A stretch of 64,000 nucleotides of DNA, taken from IMG/VR virus record IMGVR_UViG_3300015607_002611, positions 9,143-73,142 of that record, one strand, 5' to 3'. A program made the position numbers and the translations under genes. The notes beneath the pieces were generated by a model. That model worked only from the letters and a program-made list of their open reading frames with translations, was not told the origin of the DNA and did not search any database. This DNA comes from a virus. Each line of letters opens with the position of its first letter. The stretch's first letter is position 1. Below, one piece after another: positions 27,950-37,633 of the stretch.

Positions 27950-29233
27950 ATGGAATTTAAAAGTAATTATAAAAGAATTGCGACATACGAAGGTGTACCT
28001 TCTGAAAATGAAAATGTTTTACTATTATACAGTGGAGGTTTAGATACTTCTGTAATGTTAAAATGGATTCAAGATGTATATAAAGTTAACGTTTATGCAC
28101 TATGTGTTAATATTGGTCAACGTGAAAATTTTGAACCAATTATTGATAAGGCTATAAAAATAGGTGCTAAAGTTTGTGAAGTAGTAGATGCTACTGAAAG
28201 ATACGCTAAAGATGTTTGTCAAGAGGCTATTACATTTAATGCTGATTATGAAGATGGATATCATTTATTTTGTCCATTAGGTCGTATTATGATTTCTCAA
28301 ATTGCAGTTGAATATGCTAATAAATGGAATTGTAAATATATTTGCCACGGTGCAACCGGGAAAGGTAATGACCAGATTCGTTTTGATAATTATATTACAA
28401 CATTAAATCCAAAACTTAAAATTTTAGCTCCTGTTCGTGAATGGGCAATGGGAAGAGAAGAAGAAATTGCATACGCTAAAGAACATAACATTCCAGTTAC
28501 AGCTTCATTAGAAAAGATTTATAGTTATGACGAAAATCTTTGGGGCTGTAGTGCAGAAGGTGGAGAAATTGAAGACTTTAAAAAGATACCACCATTAGAT
28601 AGAATTTTAAAATTTACAGAATTACCTGAAGATAATACTCCTGATGTACCAGATTACGTTACATTAGTTTATCGTATGGGTGAATTAATTAGTATTAATT
28701 ATGGCGGTAAAACGCAAGACTCAAATGAATCTATCAAAGATATGATTACTAGTGCCAATGAAATTGGTAAAAAACATGGAATTGGTATTACACATTTAGT
28801 TGAAGATAGAGTTCTTGGTTTAAAAGTAAGAGGTATTTATGAAGAACCAGGTGCTGAGATATTAATTAAAGCACATAAAGGTTTAGAGAAAGCTGTTTCG
28901 ACAAGAGAAGAAATTCAATTCAAAGAATTAGTTGATAGACAATGGTCACAATTAGTTTATGAAGGTCGCTATTTCCACCCACTTGTTAATTCACTAAGAG
29001 CTTTTGCTAGACAAATGAATTCAAAAGTATCTGGTAAAGTTACCGTTAAATTATTTAAAGGTAGAGCTGAAGTAGTTGCAATTGATTCAAGATATTGTTT
29101 AAACAGTGAAGCATCATCATTCATGAAAGAAAATAGCTTTAATCAGAATGCTTCACCTGGTTTTATTGAACATTTTGGATATTCAGCAAGAACTGCATAC
29201 AATTTAAAGAAACCTGTTAACGAAATTATATAA
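27950..29233 (+). CDS. argG: Argininosuccinate synthase (type I)
   Basis: PP-loop 'LLLYSGGLDTSV', 'HGATGKGNDQIRF', 'DENLWGCSAEGG', 'RGIYEEPGAEIL' and 'GKVTVKLFKG' are collinear with human/bacterial ASS. Confidence 0.9.
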   Translation: MEFKSNYKRIATYEGVPSENENVLLLYSGGLDTSVMLKWIQDVYKVNVYALCVNIGQRENFEPIIDKAIKIGAKVCEVVDATERYAKDVCQEAITFNADYEDGYHLFCPLGRIMISQIAVEYANKWNCKYICHGATGKGNDQIRFDNYITTLNPKLKILAPVREWAMGREEEIAYAKEHNIPVTASLEKIYSYDENLWGCSAEGGEIEDFKKIPPLDRILKFTELPEDNTPDVPDYVTLVYRMGELISINYGGKTQDSNESIKDMITSANEIGKKHGIGITHLVEDRVLGLKVRGIYEEPGAEILIKAHKGLEKAVSTREEIQFKELVDRQWSQLVYEGRYFHPLVNSLRAFARQMNSKVSGKVTVKLFKGRAEVVAIDSRYCLNSEASSFMKENSFNQNASPGFIEHFGYSARTAYNLKKPVNEII

Positions 29234-30489
29234 TGAGTAAAATTTGGGCTAAAGATAATAAAGAAATGAGCAATACTGCAAAGTTCTTTAATTCATTTAC
29301 AACTGGTAATGATTATATTATAGATAGGGATAACTTTCTTTATTTTGATTTAGTTGCTAGTAAAGCCCATGCCTTAACTTTACAAGAAGCTGGTATTTAT
29401 AGTAAAGAAGATTTATTTAAAATAAACAATTTACTAGATATGGCAATGATTACACCAGGTTTAATTGAAGTAACCAAAGAAGATGAAGATTGTCATACTG
29501 CTATAGAAAAGTATTTAACTAAACTTGCTGGAGATTTAGGTAAAAAAATTCATACAGGTCGTAGCAGAAACGACCAATCTTTAACAATGATTAGATTATA
29601 CATGACTACGAAGTTAGGTCAAGTCATGGATTTAGATTGTAATTTAATCGAAACATTAGATAATCTTTCAAAAAGATATAAGGACCAATTGTTTATAGGT
29701 TATTCTCATACTCAACAGGCTATGATTACAACACTAGGACATTATTACAATGCCTTCTGTGAACAAGTTTCAGATGATTGGGATTTATTAGAAAATATTA
29801 AATTCTTAATCGATAAAAGTCCACTAGGCTCAGGCGCTGGATTTGGCTCTCCTGTTAAACTTAATAGAAAATTAAGTGCAAAGAAAATGGGATTTAGAGG
29901 TGTTCAGAATAATAGCCTCTACTGCCAAAATAGTAGAGGTAAGTTTGAACTTCTTTATGTTCAGGGTCTAGGACATGTAATGGAAACATTACAAAAACTT
30001 GCAACTGATATGATACTTTATACAACTAGAGAATTTTCATTCTTTGATGTAAGTGATGATTTATCACAAGGTAGTAGTATGATGCCACAGAAAAAGAATT
30101 TAGATGTATTTGAATTAATAAGAGCTAAAGCTGCAGAGGTAATAAGTTTAGAAGCAAGATTACATTTAATAAATAAGGGTTTACCTTCAGGTTATAATAG
30201 AGATTTACAATTAGTAAAAAATGCTATTGTTGAAGCTACTGAAACAACTTCTGATTGTTTAAGAGCAATGGATTTAGCTTTAAGGAATATTACACCTAAT
30301 GATGCGAATATTAGAAAAGAAATTCGCGAAGATATTTATTCTGCTGATTTAGCGACAATCAAATGTATGGATAATCCTGCTCTTAATTTTCGAGATGTAT
30401 ATAAAGAAATATTAAATGATAAGACTATTTATACACCAGAAGAGATATTAAAACGTCGTGTAAGTGCTGGTTCACCTGGAAATTATTAA
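29233..30489 (+). CDS. argH: Argininosuccinate lyase
   Basis: 'LGKKIHTGRSRNDQ', 'GYSHTQQA', 'SPLGSGAGFG' and fumarate-lyase signature 'GSSMMPQKKNLD'. This is the ArgH-type GSSxMPQKKN, not the PurB-type motif. Confidence 0.9.
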   Translation: MSKIWAKDNKEMSNTAKFFNSFTTGNDYIIDRDNFLYFDLVASKAHALTLQEAGIYSKEDLFKINNLLDMAMITPGLIEVTKEDEDCHTAIEKYLTKLAGDLGKKIHTGRSRNDQSLTMIRLYMTTKLGQVMDLDCNLIETLDNLSKRYKDQLFIGYSHTQQAMITTLGHYYNAFCEQVSDDWDLLENIKFLIDKSPLGSGAGFGSPVKLNRKLSAKKMGFRGVQNNSLYCQNSRGKFELLYVQGLGHVMETLQKLATDMILYTTREFSFFDVSDDLSQGSSMMPQKKNLDVFELIRAKAAEVISLEARLHLINKGLPSGYNRDLQLVKNAIVEATETTSDCLRAMDLALRNITPNDANIRKEIREDIYSADLATIKCMDNPALNFRDVYKEILNDKTIYTPEEILKRRVSAGSPGNY

Positions 30490-30492
30490 TTC

Positions 30493-30523
30493 TTTGGGTG
30501 TACATAACTATTTGTTAGTTTTA
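30493..30523 (+). promoter_or_regulatory. Bacteroidetes-type promoter (TTTG-N19-TAGTTTTA) upstream of NfeD-flotillin operon
   Basis: TTTG at 30493-30496 and TAgtTTTA at 30516-30523 with exact 19-nt spacing. Confidence 0.5.
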
Positions 30524-30552
30524 TCATATAAATTAAAAATAAGATAAAGACA

Positions 30553-31131
30553 ATGGATATTACACAATTCTTTGAGGCAATGCCTACACCACAGCGAATC
30601 TTATGGTACATCGCAATACCATCTACAATCGTTTTCGCTTTCATGATGTTTATGACGTTTTTAGGCCTAGATGGTACTGATGGCGTTGATACAGATTTAG
30701 ATACTGATGTTGTTGATGCATCAGACGCATTTCAAATTTGGACTTTTCGAAATTTAATTATATTCCTATCAATCTTTTCATGGAGTGCAATATCATTTTT
30801 AAATAACAACGTATCATTTACATGGACAGCAATTTATTCTTTAGTATTAGCCACTGCTGTAGTAATATTACTCACATCGTTGTTTTTCTTTATGCACAAA
30901 TTACAACAAGACAATACTCCTCAAATTAGTGAAATTTTAAATAAACCAGCATTAGTTTATCTTACTGTACCTGAAAGAGGAAAAGGAATGGGTAAGATTA
31001 ATGTAACATATGGTGGAGCATTACGAGAAGTAAATGCTGTATCAATGAATAGAAATTTTAAAACAGGTGAACAAGTAAAAATAGTAGATTTACAAGGTGA
31101 CCTTGCATTTATAGACGAATTAAATAAATAA
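30553..31131 (+). CDS. nfeD: NfeD-like membrane protein (short YuaF-type, partner of SPFH/flotillin)
   Basis: N-terminal TM helices plus C-terminal OB/beta-barrel 'PERGKGMGKINVTYGGALREVNAVSMN...GEQVKIVDLQGDLAFIDE'. Confidence 0.7.
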   Translation: MDITQFFEAMPTPQRILWYIAIPSTIVFAFMMFMTFLGLDGTDGVDTDLDTDVVDASDAFQIWTFRNLIIFLSIFSWSAISFLNNNVSFTWTAIYSLVLATAVVILLTSLFFFMHKLQQDNTPQISEILNKPALVYLTVPERGKGMGKINVTYGGALREVNAVSMNRNFKTGEQVKIVDLQGDLAFIDELNK

Positions 31132-31163
31132 GAATCAATAACAATTAAAAACAAAAAAGAAAA

Positions 31164-32855
31164 ATGGTATCAACAATAGTTACAATTTCAATTATCGCAG
31201 TAGCGGTATTCGCAACAATTGCAGCCTTAGTTTCTAGGTACAAGCGTTGCCCATCTGACAAGGTGTTAGTCGTGTATGGTAAAGTAGGTAAAAATGCAAA
31301 TGGTCAATCGACAGCAAAATGTATTCACGGTGGTGCATCATTTATTTGGCCAGTAATTCAAGATTTCGCTTTCATGGATTTAAAACCAATGGCGTTAGAT
31401 GTGAACTTACAGAATGCATTATCGAAACAAAACATTCGTTTAAATGTTCCATCGACTTATACAGTAGCTATTAATACTGAAGCAAGTTATGTAAACAATG
31501 CAGCAGAACGTTTATTAGGTTTAGATAGAACAGAGATTGGCCAATTAGCAAAAGATATTATCTTAGGTCAAATGCGTTTAGTAATTGCCACAATGGGTAT
31601 CGAGGAAATCAATACTGACCGTGACCAATTCTTATCTAAAATTCAAGAATGTGTTGAAGGTGAATTACAAAAGATTGGTTTAAAATTAATTAACGCGAAC
31701 ATCGTCGATATTCAAGATGAATCTGGTTATATCGAAGCTTTAGGTAAAGAAGCTGCAGCGAAAGCTATTAACGATGCGAAAGTATCAGTATCTGAAAAGA
31801 ATCGTGATGGTGCTATTGGTGAAGCAAACGCTAATCAAGATAAACGTACAAGAGTAGCTGAACTTACTACTAAAGCCGAAATTGGTGAAGCAAACGCAAT
31901 ACAAGAAAAACGTATTAAGTTAGCTGAAAACGACGCAGCAGCATTAGCCGGTGAAGCTGAAGCAAACGCAAAAGCATATGTTGCACAAGCCGAAGCAAAT
32001 GCTAAAGCTGAAGCAGCTAAAGCCGAAGCAAATGCTAAATTAGAAGGTGCGAAAGCATTAGCAACAGCAAATGCTGAAATCTCTAAAGCAGAAGCAGAAT
32101 CTAATTCACGTCAAAGAAAAGCAGAACTTAATGCAACCGCAATTAAAGGTGAAAATAGTTCACAAATTCAAATTGCTGAATCAGCTGCAGAACGTCAAGT
32201 AAAAGAAGCAGAAGCTAATCGTAAAGCAGTAACAGCTCAGAAAGTAAAAGAAGCTGAAGCTTTAAAAGAATCATATAAAGCACAAGAAGAAGCCGAAAAA
32301 GCACGTGCTGATAAAGATAAAGCATCACAATTCGCTGACGTAATCGTTAAAGCTGAAATTGAAAAAAATCGTATTGAGTTATCTGCAGAAGCTGAAGCTG
32401 AAAAAGAAAGAAGAATTGCAAAAGGTAAAGCTGATGCTAAATTTGCCGAAATGGAAGCAGAAGCTAAAGGTAACTATGAGCGTCTTGCAAAACAAGCCGA
32501 AGGTATTCAGAAGTTAGTACAAGCTGCAGGAGGTGATCCTGATAAAGCTATCCAATTAATGCTTGCTGATAAAATCGAAACATTATACTCAATTCAAGTT
32601 GATGCTATTAAAAATGTTAAGATTGATAAAATCACTGTTTGGGACCAAGGTTCTGGAAACGGAGCTGGAACAGGAAGTTCAACTTCTGACTTCTTAAGAA
32701 GCATGTTAAACATCGTACCTGGTTTCGATGAAGTATACAAAATGGCTGGTAAAGAATTGCCATCAATGTTACAAGGTGCAGGTGAAAAAACCAAAGCAGC
32801 TGCATTAGGTGAAAATGAAGCCAAAGCTGAAATCTCTGATAAAAAGCAAAAGTAA
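31164..32855 (+). CDS. floT: Flotillin-like SPFH/band-7 protein (FloT/YuaG-like)
   Basis: N-terminal membrane anchor, SPFH domain, then a long Ala/Glu-rich flotillin-type coiled coil ('AEANAKAEAAKAEANAKLEGAKA'). Immediately downstream of the nfeD-like gene, as in yuaF-floT operons. Confidence 0.85.
   Translation: MVSTIVTISIIAVAVFATIAALVSRYKRCPSDKVLVVYGKVGKNANGQSTAKCIHGGASFIWPVIQDFAFMDLKPMALDVNLQNALSKQNIRLNVPSTYTVAINTEASYVNNAAERLLGLDRTEIGQLAKDIILGQMRLVIATMGIEEINTDRDQFLSKIQECVEGELQKIGLKLINANIVDIQDESGYIEALGKEAAAKAINDAKVSVSEKNRDGAIGEANANQDKRTRVAELTTKAEIGEANAIQEKRIKLAENDAAALAGEAEANAKAYVAQAEANAKAEAAKAEANAKLEGAKALATANAEISKAEAESNSRQRKAELNATAIKGENSSQIQIAESAAERQVKEAEANRKAVTAQKVKEAEALKESYKAQEEAEKARADKDKASQFADVIVKAEIEKNRIELSAEAEAEKERRIAKGKADAKFAEMEAEAKGNYERLAKQAEGIQKLVQAAGGDPDKAIQLMLADKIETLYSIQVDAIKNVKIDKITVWDQGSGNGAGTGSSTSDFLRSMLNIVPGFDEVYKMAGKELPSMLQGAGEKTKAAALGENEAKAEISDKKQK
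31790..32430 (+). repeat. Coding low-complexity EA/EANA repeat region of flotillin
   Basis: Repeated GAAGCAAA(C/T)GC(T/A)AA units encoding 'GEANANQDKRT'/'GEANAIQEKRI'/'AEANAKA'. Boundaries are approximate. Confidence 0.6.
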
Positions 32856-32880
32856 GCTAATCTCTAATATATAAATGCCA

Positions 32881-32910
32881 AAAGCCTGAGTTATTGACTC
32901 AGGCTTTTTT
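32881..32910 (+). terminator. Rho-independent terminator
   Basis: AAAGCCTGAGT-tattg-ACTCAGGCTTT followed by a T-run. Confidence 0.8.
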
Positions 32911-32967
32911 ATGTTTAAACTTTTCCATAATTTCGTAAATAAATACTATAAATAAGCATATTGTTTT

Positions 32968-33297
32968 ATGGGCTCTATAATTAAAAGAATAGAATATTTT
33001 AAATTAATATTCGATGGTATTGACTTAAATGTACGAAGTAAAATATCAGATGAAATTGAAGAAATGTTTATGCCTAAAGATGAATATGAAAATATTTATA
33101 GGGAACCTTCAACTAATGATTTATTAATAGAATTAAAAATACTTGAGGAAGCACTTAAAGATGCTAAGAAAGAATTGAAGGATGCTAAGAGAGATGTGAA
33201 GAAGGGGGTAATGAGTGAAGATGATTTATATAATTATAAATGTGCAGTGGATGAATTATTACAACAAATAAAAGACATTAAGTCTAATTTGAAATAG
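32968..33297 (+). CDS. Hypothetical coiled-coil protein
   Basis: Charged heptad-like sequence. Confidence 0.3.
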   Translation: MGSIIKRIEYFKLIFDGIDLNVRSKISDEIEEMFMPKDEYENIYREPSTNDLLIELKILEEALKDAKKELKDAKRDVKKGVMSEDDLYNYKCAVDELLQQIKDIKSNLK

Positions 33298-33316
33298 TGG
33301 TTTAACGTAAGTTCAT

Positions 33317-33327
33317 GATATATAAAT
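33317..33327 (+). promoter_or_regulatory. 'GATATATAAAT' motif immediately upstream of HE gene
   Basis: Recurrent motif (see 11137, 36891, 52396). Confidence 0.3.
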
Positions 33328-33328
33328 C

Positions 33329-34075
33329 ATGAAAAGAATTAAAAATCCAGCAATCTATAAAATAGAAAATGCTATAGATGGTAAAATCTATATTGGTTCG
33401 GCTATTGATTATAAAGATAGGTGGGCTAATCATAAATCTACTTTAAATAAAGGAACTCATCATAATAATCATTTACAAAATGCATATCATAAAGATGGTA
33501 TCAATTCATTTAATTATTCTATATTAGAATTCATAAAAATAAAAGATAATTATGATATTAATATAATTAAAAAGATTCTAATTGAAAGAGAGCAATATTA
33601 TTTAGATAATATATTATATGCAAACCAAGACAATAATTTATTTTATGAATTAGGTTATAATAAACGTCGAATTGCAGAAAATAATTTAGGTATAAAAGTA
33701 TCTGAAGAAGGTAGAATTAATATAAGTAAAGCTCATATTGGAATTAAACATAGTATTGAAACAAGAATTAAAATGAGTAAATCACAAAAAATAGCTAAAT
33801 CTAAAAGCACATATAAAATTAGTAAAGAAACTAGAGATAAAATAAGTAAATCACATACGGGTAAAAAACTTACTGAATCTCATAAAAATTTAATTAGTAA
33901 AAATAATGCAAATAATAGAGAATGTAATCAGTATAATAAAGATGGTAAATTTATTAAAAGATGGAACTCTTTAGCATTAGCTGCAAATGAATTAAATATA
34001 ATACAGCAGCATATTTCAGCTGTCTGTAGAGGTAAAAGATCATATGCTGGAAATTATAAATGGGAATATGTATAA
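33329..34075 (+). CDS. GIY-YIG homing endonuclease with NUMOD-like repeats
   Basis: 'PAIYKIENAIDGKIYIGSAIDYKDRWANH'. Repeated 'ISKAHIGIKHSIETRIKMSKSQK' modules. C-terminal HTH-like 'LAANELNI'. Confidence 0.85.
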   Translation: MKRIKNPAIYKIENAIDGKIYIGSAIDYKDRWANHKSTLNKGTHHNNHLQNAYHKDGINSFNYSILEFIKIKDNYDINIIKKILIEREQYYLDNILYANQDNNLFYELGYNKRRIAENNLGIKVSEEGRINISKAHIGIKHSIETRIKMSKSQKIAKSKSTYKISKETRDKISKSHTGKKLTESHKNLISKNNANNRECNQYNKDGKFIKRWNSLALAANELNIIQQHISAVCRGKRSYAGNYKWEYV

Positions 34076-34769
34076 GCAATTAAATCCTGATTGGTTTTTT
34101 TCACCGGGTCCAATTGATTTTGAATACAAATCATATATTCTTTTAGATTATCTACAAGATGTTGATAAAATGTTTGAGATGAATATGTTATATCCTGTAT
34201 TTAGTGATATTGAATTTCATCTTAAAAATTTAGAATCATTTAGAACTACAAGAGAACTTATAGTTAATAGGACTAAATCAATAAGAAAAGTAGACTTTGA
34301 TAAAATGACTATCTTATATGATATGCCCGATGATACAGTTGATTTCATGAACGTAAATAAGACTGTCTTTTTTGCTGAAGCTAAATTCCAAGAATATTAT
34401 AATAAAGGTAAGAAAATTTATCAAGAGATTGATAATAATATTCACATGAAGTTTATAGGAATTGTTCCTAACTACAGAGATCATGGATTTTTAATAATTA
34501 ATATGCTAGATGATGCTCGAATTTATAAATATGAAATAGGTAAAGTATATCTCGAAAACCAAAATTATATAATTCTAGATGAAATAGATATACAAAGAAT
34601 AAGTCTAATGAACACATACGAGAACATTAAACAGGGCTTATTAAAGAAATATACTAATTATTCAAATCCAGCTGTTTTAGCAGCAGAGATTTACAAAACA
34701 TATCCTATTAAAGAAGGTATAATACCTGTAACTAGGCGTAAACTAGCAGCTTATATAAATAAAATTTAA
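34068..34769 (+). CDS. Hypothetical protein
   Basis: The ATG at 34068 overlapping the upstream stop (ATGTATAA) is preferred over the track start at 34044. Confidence 0.3.
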   Translation: MYKQLNPDWFFSPGPIDFEYKSYILLDYLQDVDKMFEMNMLYPVFSDIEFHLKNLESFRTTRELIVNRTKSIRKVDFDKMTILYDMPDDTVDFMNVNKTVFFAEAKFQEYYNKGKKIYQEIDNNIHMKFIGIVPNYRDHGFLIINMLDDARIYKYEIGKVYLENQNYIILDEIDIQRISLMNTYENIKQGLLKKYTNYSNPAVLAAEIYKTYPIKEGIIPVTRRKLAAYINKI

Positions 34770-34772
34770 TAA

Positions 34773-35750
34773 ATGAAGCCAATTAACTTAAAATATAATA
34801 AATCGTACGGTGCTTTTCTTTTAGAAAAGAAAATGAATGAAAATGAAGATACTGATTTATTTAAAATTTATTTAGCAGTAAGACGTTCTAGTGGCCATAG
34901 ATGGTGGACTTATAAAGGATTCGCAGCAGATAATTATTTTATTCAAATTACTGAAGAAAATATCGATAAAATTAAAGTTGATGATAGTCTTCCAATTTTA
35001 ACATATTCAACTGATATTATTAATAGATTACTTGATGCAGGTAAAATTAAAAAGAGTAATATTATTAACAATCCAAAATATGTTAAATTATCAGGTTCTA
35101 AAAAAGACTTTCATGAATTTATAGGTGAAGATGAAAATTTACCTAAAACAGTATTCACTCAAAAAGAAGCAATGAATTTAAACTTCCCTGTCATTGCAAA
35201 ACCTACAGCAGGTCATTCAGGATTAGGTATTCAAGTTTTTCAAAATGCTGATGAATTAAAAGAATCAGATGAAAATAAATTTGATTTATATTCTGAATTC
35301 GTAGATAAGAAAGAAGAACATAGATTTATTAATTATAAAGGTAAACCTATCTTTTGGATGGAAAGAGTTCCAATGAATGATAAGGCTAAAAATGGGAAAG
35401 GTAAAGCTGAAGAAAAAACAATGTTCCAATATATTAAAAGAAATGTAGACGATATCCCTGAAGATATGTTAAACGTTCTTAAAAAATATTGTGATAAATT
35501 AAAAGATCTTCCTTATATTTGTTTTGATATTATGAGAGACCAAGATGATAATATTTTTATTATAGAATCAAACTCTCAGCCGGGTGTTCCTTTTGATTCT
35601 ACTATTGAAATCTATAAAGTATTATTTGAGGATTTTTATGGTAGACCTGTAGATGAAAAGACTTCAAAAGTTTTAGATGAATACGCTAAGAAACTTATAA
35701 AGAAAACTGTATCTAAGGATGATGGTAGATTTAAAGATGAATCGAAATAA
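34773..35750 (+). CDS. ATP-grasp ligase (RimK/glutathione-synthetase-like)
   Basis: 'FPVIAKPTAGHSGLGIQVF' and C-terminal 'ICFDIMRDQDDNIFIIESNSQPGV'. Confidence 0.5.
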   Translation: MKPINLKYNKSYGAFLLEKKMNENEDTDLFKIYLAVRRSSGHRWWTYKGFAADNYFIQITEENIDKIKVDDSLPILTYSTDIINRLLDAGKIKKSNIINNPKYVKLSGSKKDFHEFIGEDENLPKTVFTQKEAMNLNFPVIAKPTAGHSGLGIQVFQNADELKESDENKFDLYSEFVDKKEEHRFINYKGKPIFWMERVPMNDKAKNGKGKAEEKTMFQYIKRNVDDIPEDMLNVLKKYCDKLKDLPYICFDIMRDQDDNIFIIESNSQPGVPFDSTIEIYKVLFEDFYGRPVDEKTSKVLDEYAKKLIKKTVSKDDGRFKDESK

Positions 35751-35752
35751 TT

Positions 35753-36280
35753 ATGAAACTAAAAAGCTTTAAAGAATTTATATCAGAAAGTAAAGTTAAT
35801 ATTGCACCTGAACTTGATACAGAGATTACAAGTTTAGTAGATAAACTTTGTCAAAATCCTAAATGTAAACAAGTTGATTTAGGATATATTGAGATGGAAA
35901 TAGATTGGGAAGTTAATCCTAATTCACAGAATCCGGATTGGAAGAATAAAATAGGTATGGTTTTCTATCCTGACTTATTATCATATGGTGATCCTGATAG
36001 AAGTAATAAAATACAAAGAGTTCCATGGATTGCATGTAGATTTAGTTTAGATAAAGAATCATCTGCATATGTAAATGGTCAAGAAGATCAAGACGTAACA
36101 TGTGAAATTCTTAAAAGAGTTTTAGATATTATTAAAACAACTGGTCTTAAACCATTTATGGACGAAGATTCTTTTTGGAATCATTGGAAAAGAGAACAAA
36201 AGAAAGATTATACTGAATATACTTGTTATGTTAATCCAAGTTATCCAGATGGGTTTTGGGAAAATCATGTAATACAATAA
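35753..36280 (+). CDS. Hypothetical protein
   Basis: ORF only. Confidence 0.3.
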   Translation: MKLKSFKEFISESKVNIAPELDTEITSLVDKLCQNPKCKQVDLGYIEMEIDWEVNPNSQNPDWKNKIGMVFYPDLLSYGDPDRSNKIQRVPWIACRFSLDKESSAYVNGQEDQDVTCEILKRVLDIIKTTGLKPFMDEDSFWNHWKREQKKDYTEYTCYVNPSYPDGFWENHVIQ

Positions 36281-36283
36281 TTA

Positions 36284-36886
36284 ATGGGTGCTTTTAAAGT
36301 AAAAGGATATAAGGAATTTTTAAATGAAAAATGGTCAGGCGATCATATATCTATATTTGATATAGATGATACATTAGTTGTGACTGCAGCAAAGATTAAA
36401 GTATATGATATGCAAGATGATACTGAATATTCTTTAACACCTGCTGAGTTTAATAAATATGAAAGGCAATCACATCACCATGTTGATTATAGTGAATTTG
36501 ATGACCCTAATTTATTATTACAAGGTAAACCAATTAAATGGGTATTAAATATACTTAAGAAAACAATGAATAAAGAAAAAGCTGTAGGTATAATTACAGC
36601 TAGACAAGATAAACAACTTATTATTGATTTTCTTAAAAAGCATGATGTTAAAATAAATCCAGATTTTGTATTTGCAGTTAATGACCCTAAAACTAAATAT
36701 AAGGGTAGTAATGCTGAAAGAAAGAAACAGGCATTTAAAGATTTAATTGATATGGGCTTTAGAGATTTCAGATTCTTTGATGATAATCTTGATAACTTAG
36801 AATATGCAAAACAATTAGAACATGAATATGATGATGTTACAGTTGAGACTAAACACATTATAGATAAATGGATCCCGCGCATCTAA
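36284..36886 (+). CDS. HAD-superfamily phosphatase (DxDxT type)
   Basis: Motif I 'ISIFDIDDTLVV', motif II 'VGIITARQD' and motif IV 'RFFDDN'. Confidence 0.6.
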   Translation: MGAFKVKGYKEFLNEKWSGDHISIFDIDDTLVVTAAKIKVYDMQDDTEYSLTPAEFNKYERQSHHHVDYSEFDDPNLLLQGKPIKWVLNILKKTMNKEKAVGIITARQDKQLIIDFLKKHDVKINPDFVFAVNDPKTKYKGSNAERKKQAFKDLIDMGFRDFRFFDDNLDNLEYAKQLEHEYDDVTVETKHIIDKWIPRI

Positions 36887-36890
36887 CTGT

Positions 36891-36901
36891 GATATATAAA
36901 T
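36891..36901 (+). promoter_or_regulatory. 'GATATATAAAT' motif upstream of HE gene
   Basis: Recurrent motif. Confidence 0.3.
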
Positions 36902-36913
36902 AAAACATTTTAT

Positions 36914-37633
36914 ATGATTATTTATAAAATAACTAATACTATTAATAATAAAATTTATATAGGACAAAGTAGCTTAACATTAAAACAGAGAATTAATAGA
37001 CATTTACATCAATCAAGTAAGGATAATCCTAAAATGAAAATTTGTAGAGCTATTAAAAAATATGGATTTTCTAACTTTAAATTTGAAACAATAGAAGATA
37101 ATATAACAAATTTAGATTTATTAAATGAAAGGGAAATGTATTGGATTTCTTTATTAAAAAGTAATAATAAAGAAATAGGTTATAATACTTTACCAGGCGG
37201 CAGATTTAATCATATAATTAAATATAATCCGGGTATGAGTAATAAAAATCATAGTGAAGAATCTAAAGATAAAATTAGAAAAGCATTTAAAGGTAAGAAG
37301 CGACCGCAATCACATATTGATGCAATGAAAAAATATTATTTAGATAATCCTAATAGACCTAAAAGAATTGTTAGTAAAGAAAGTAGAATAAAAATGAGTT
37401 TAAGTAAATCAGGTTCTAATAATCCGTGGTTTGGTAAACAAGGTCATAGATATGGTAAAGGTACTAATATTTATCAATATAATTTAGAAGGTATTTTAAT
37501 TAAAAAATGGGATAATTCAAATATAGCATCTAAGGAACTTAATATTGATAGATTAGCTATTGATAGAAGATGCAAAAAAAAATCAAATAAACCATATATG
37601 GGTTATTTGTGGTCTTATAATAAAAATATATGA
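36914..37633 (+). CDS. GIY-YIG homing endonuclease
   Basis: 'MIIYKITNTINNKIYIGQSS...RINRH', NUMOD-like 'SEESKDKIRKAFKGKKRP' and a C-terminal HTH-like region. Confidence 0.85.
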   Translation: MIIYKITNTINNKIYIGQSSLTLKQRINRHLHQSSKDNPKMKICRAIKKYGFSNFKFETIEDNITNLDLLNEREMYWISLLKSNNKEIGYNTLPGGRFNHIIKYNPGMSNKNHSEESKDKIRKAFKGKKRPQSHIDAMKKYYLDNPNRPKRIVSKESRIKMSLSKSGSNNPWFGKQGHRYGKGTNIYQYNLEGILIKKWDNSNIASKELNIDRLAIDRRCKKKSNKPYMGYLWSYNKNI

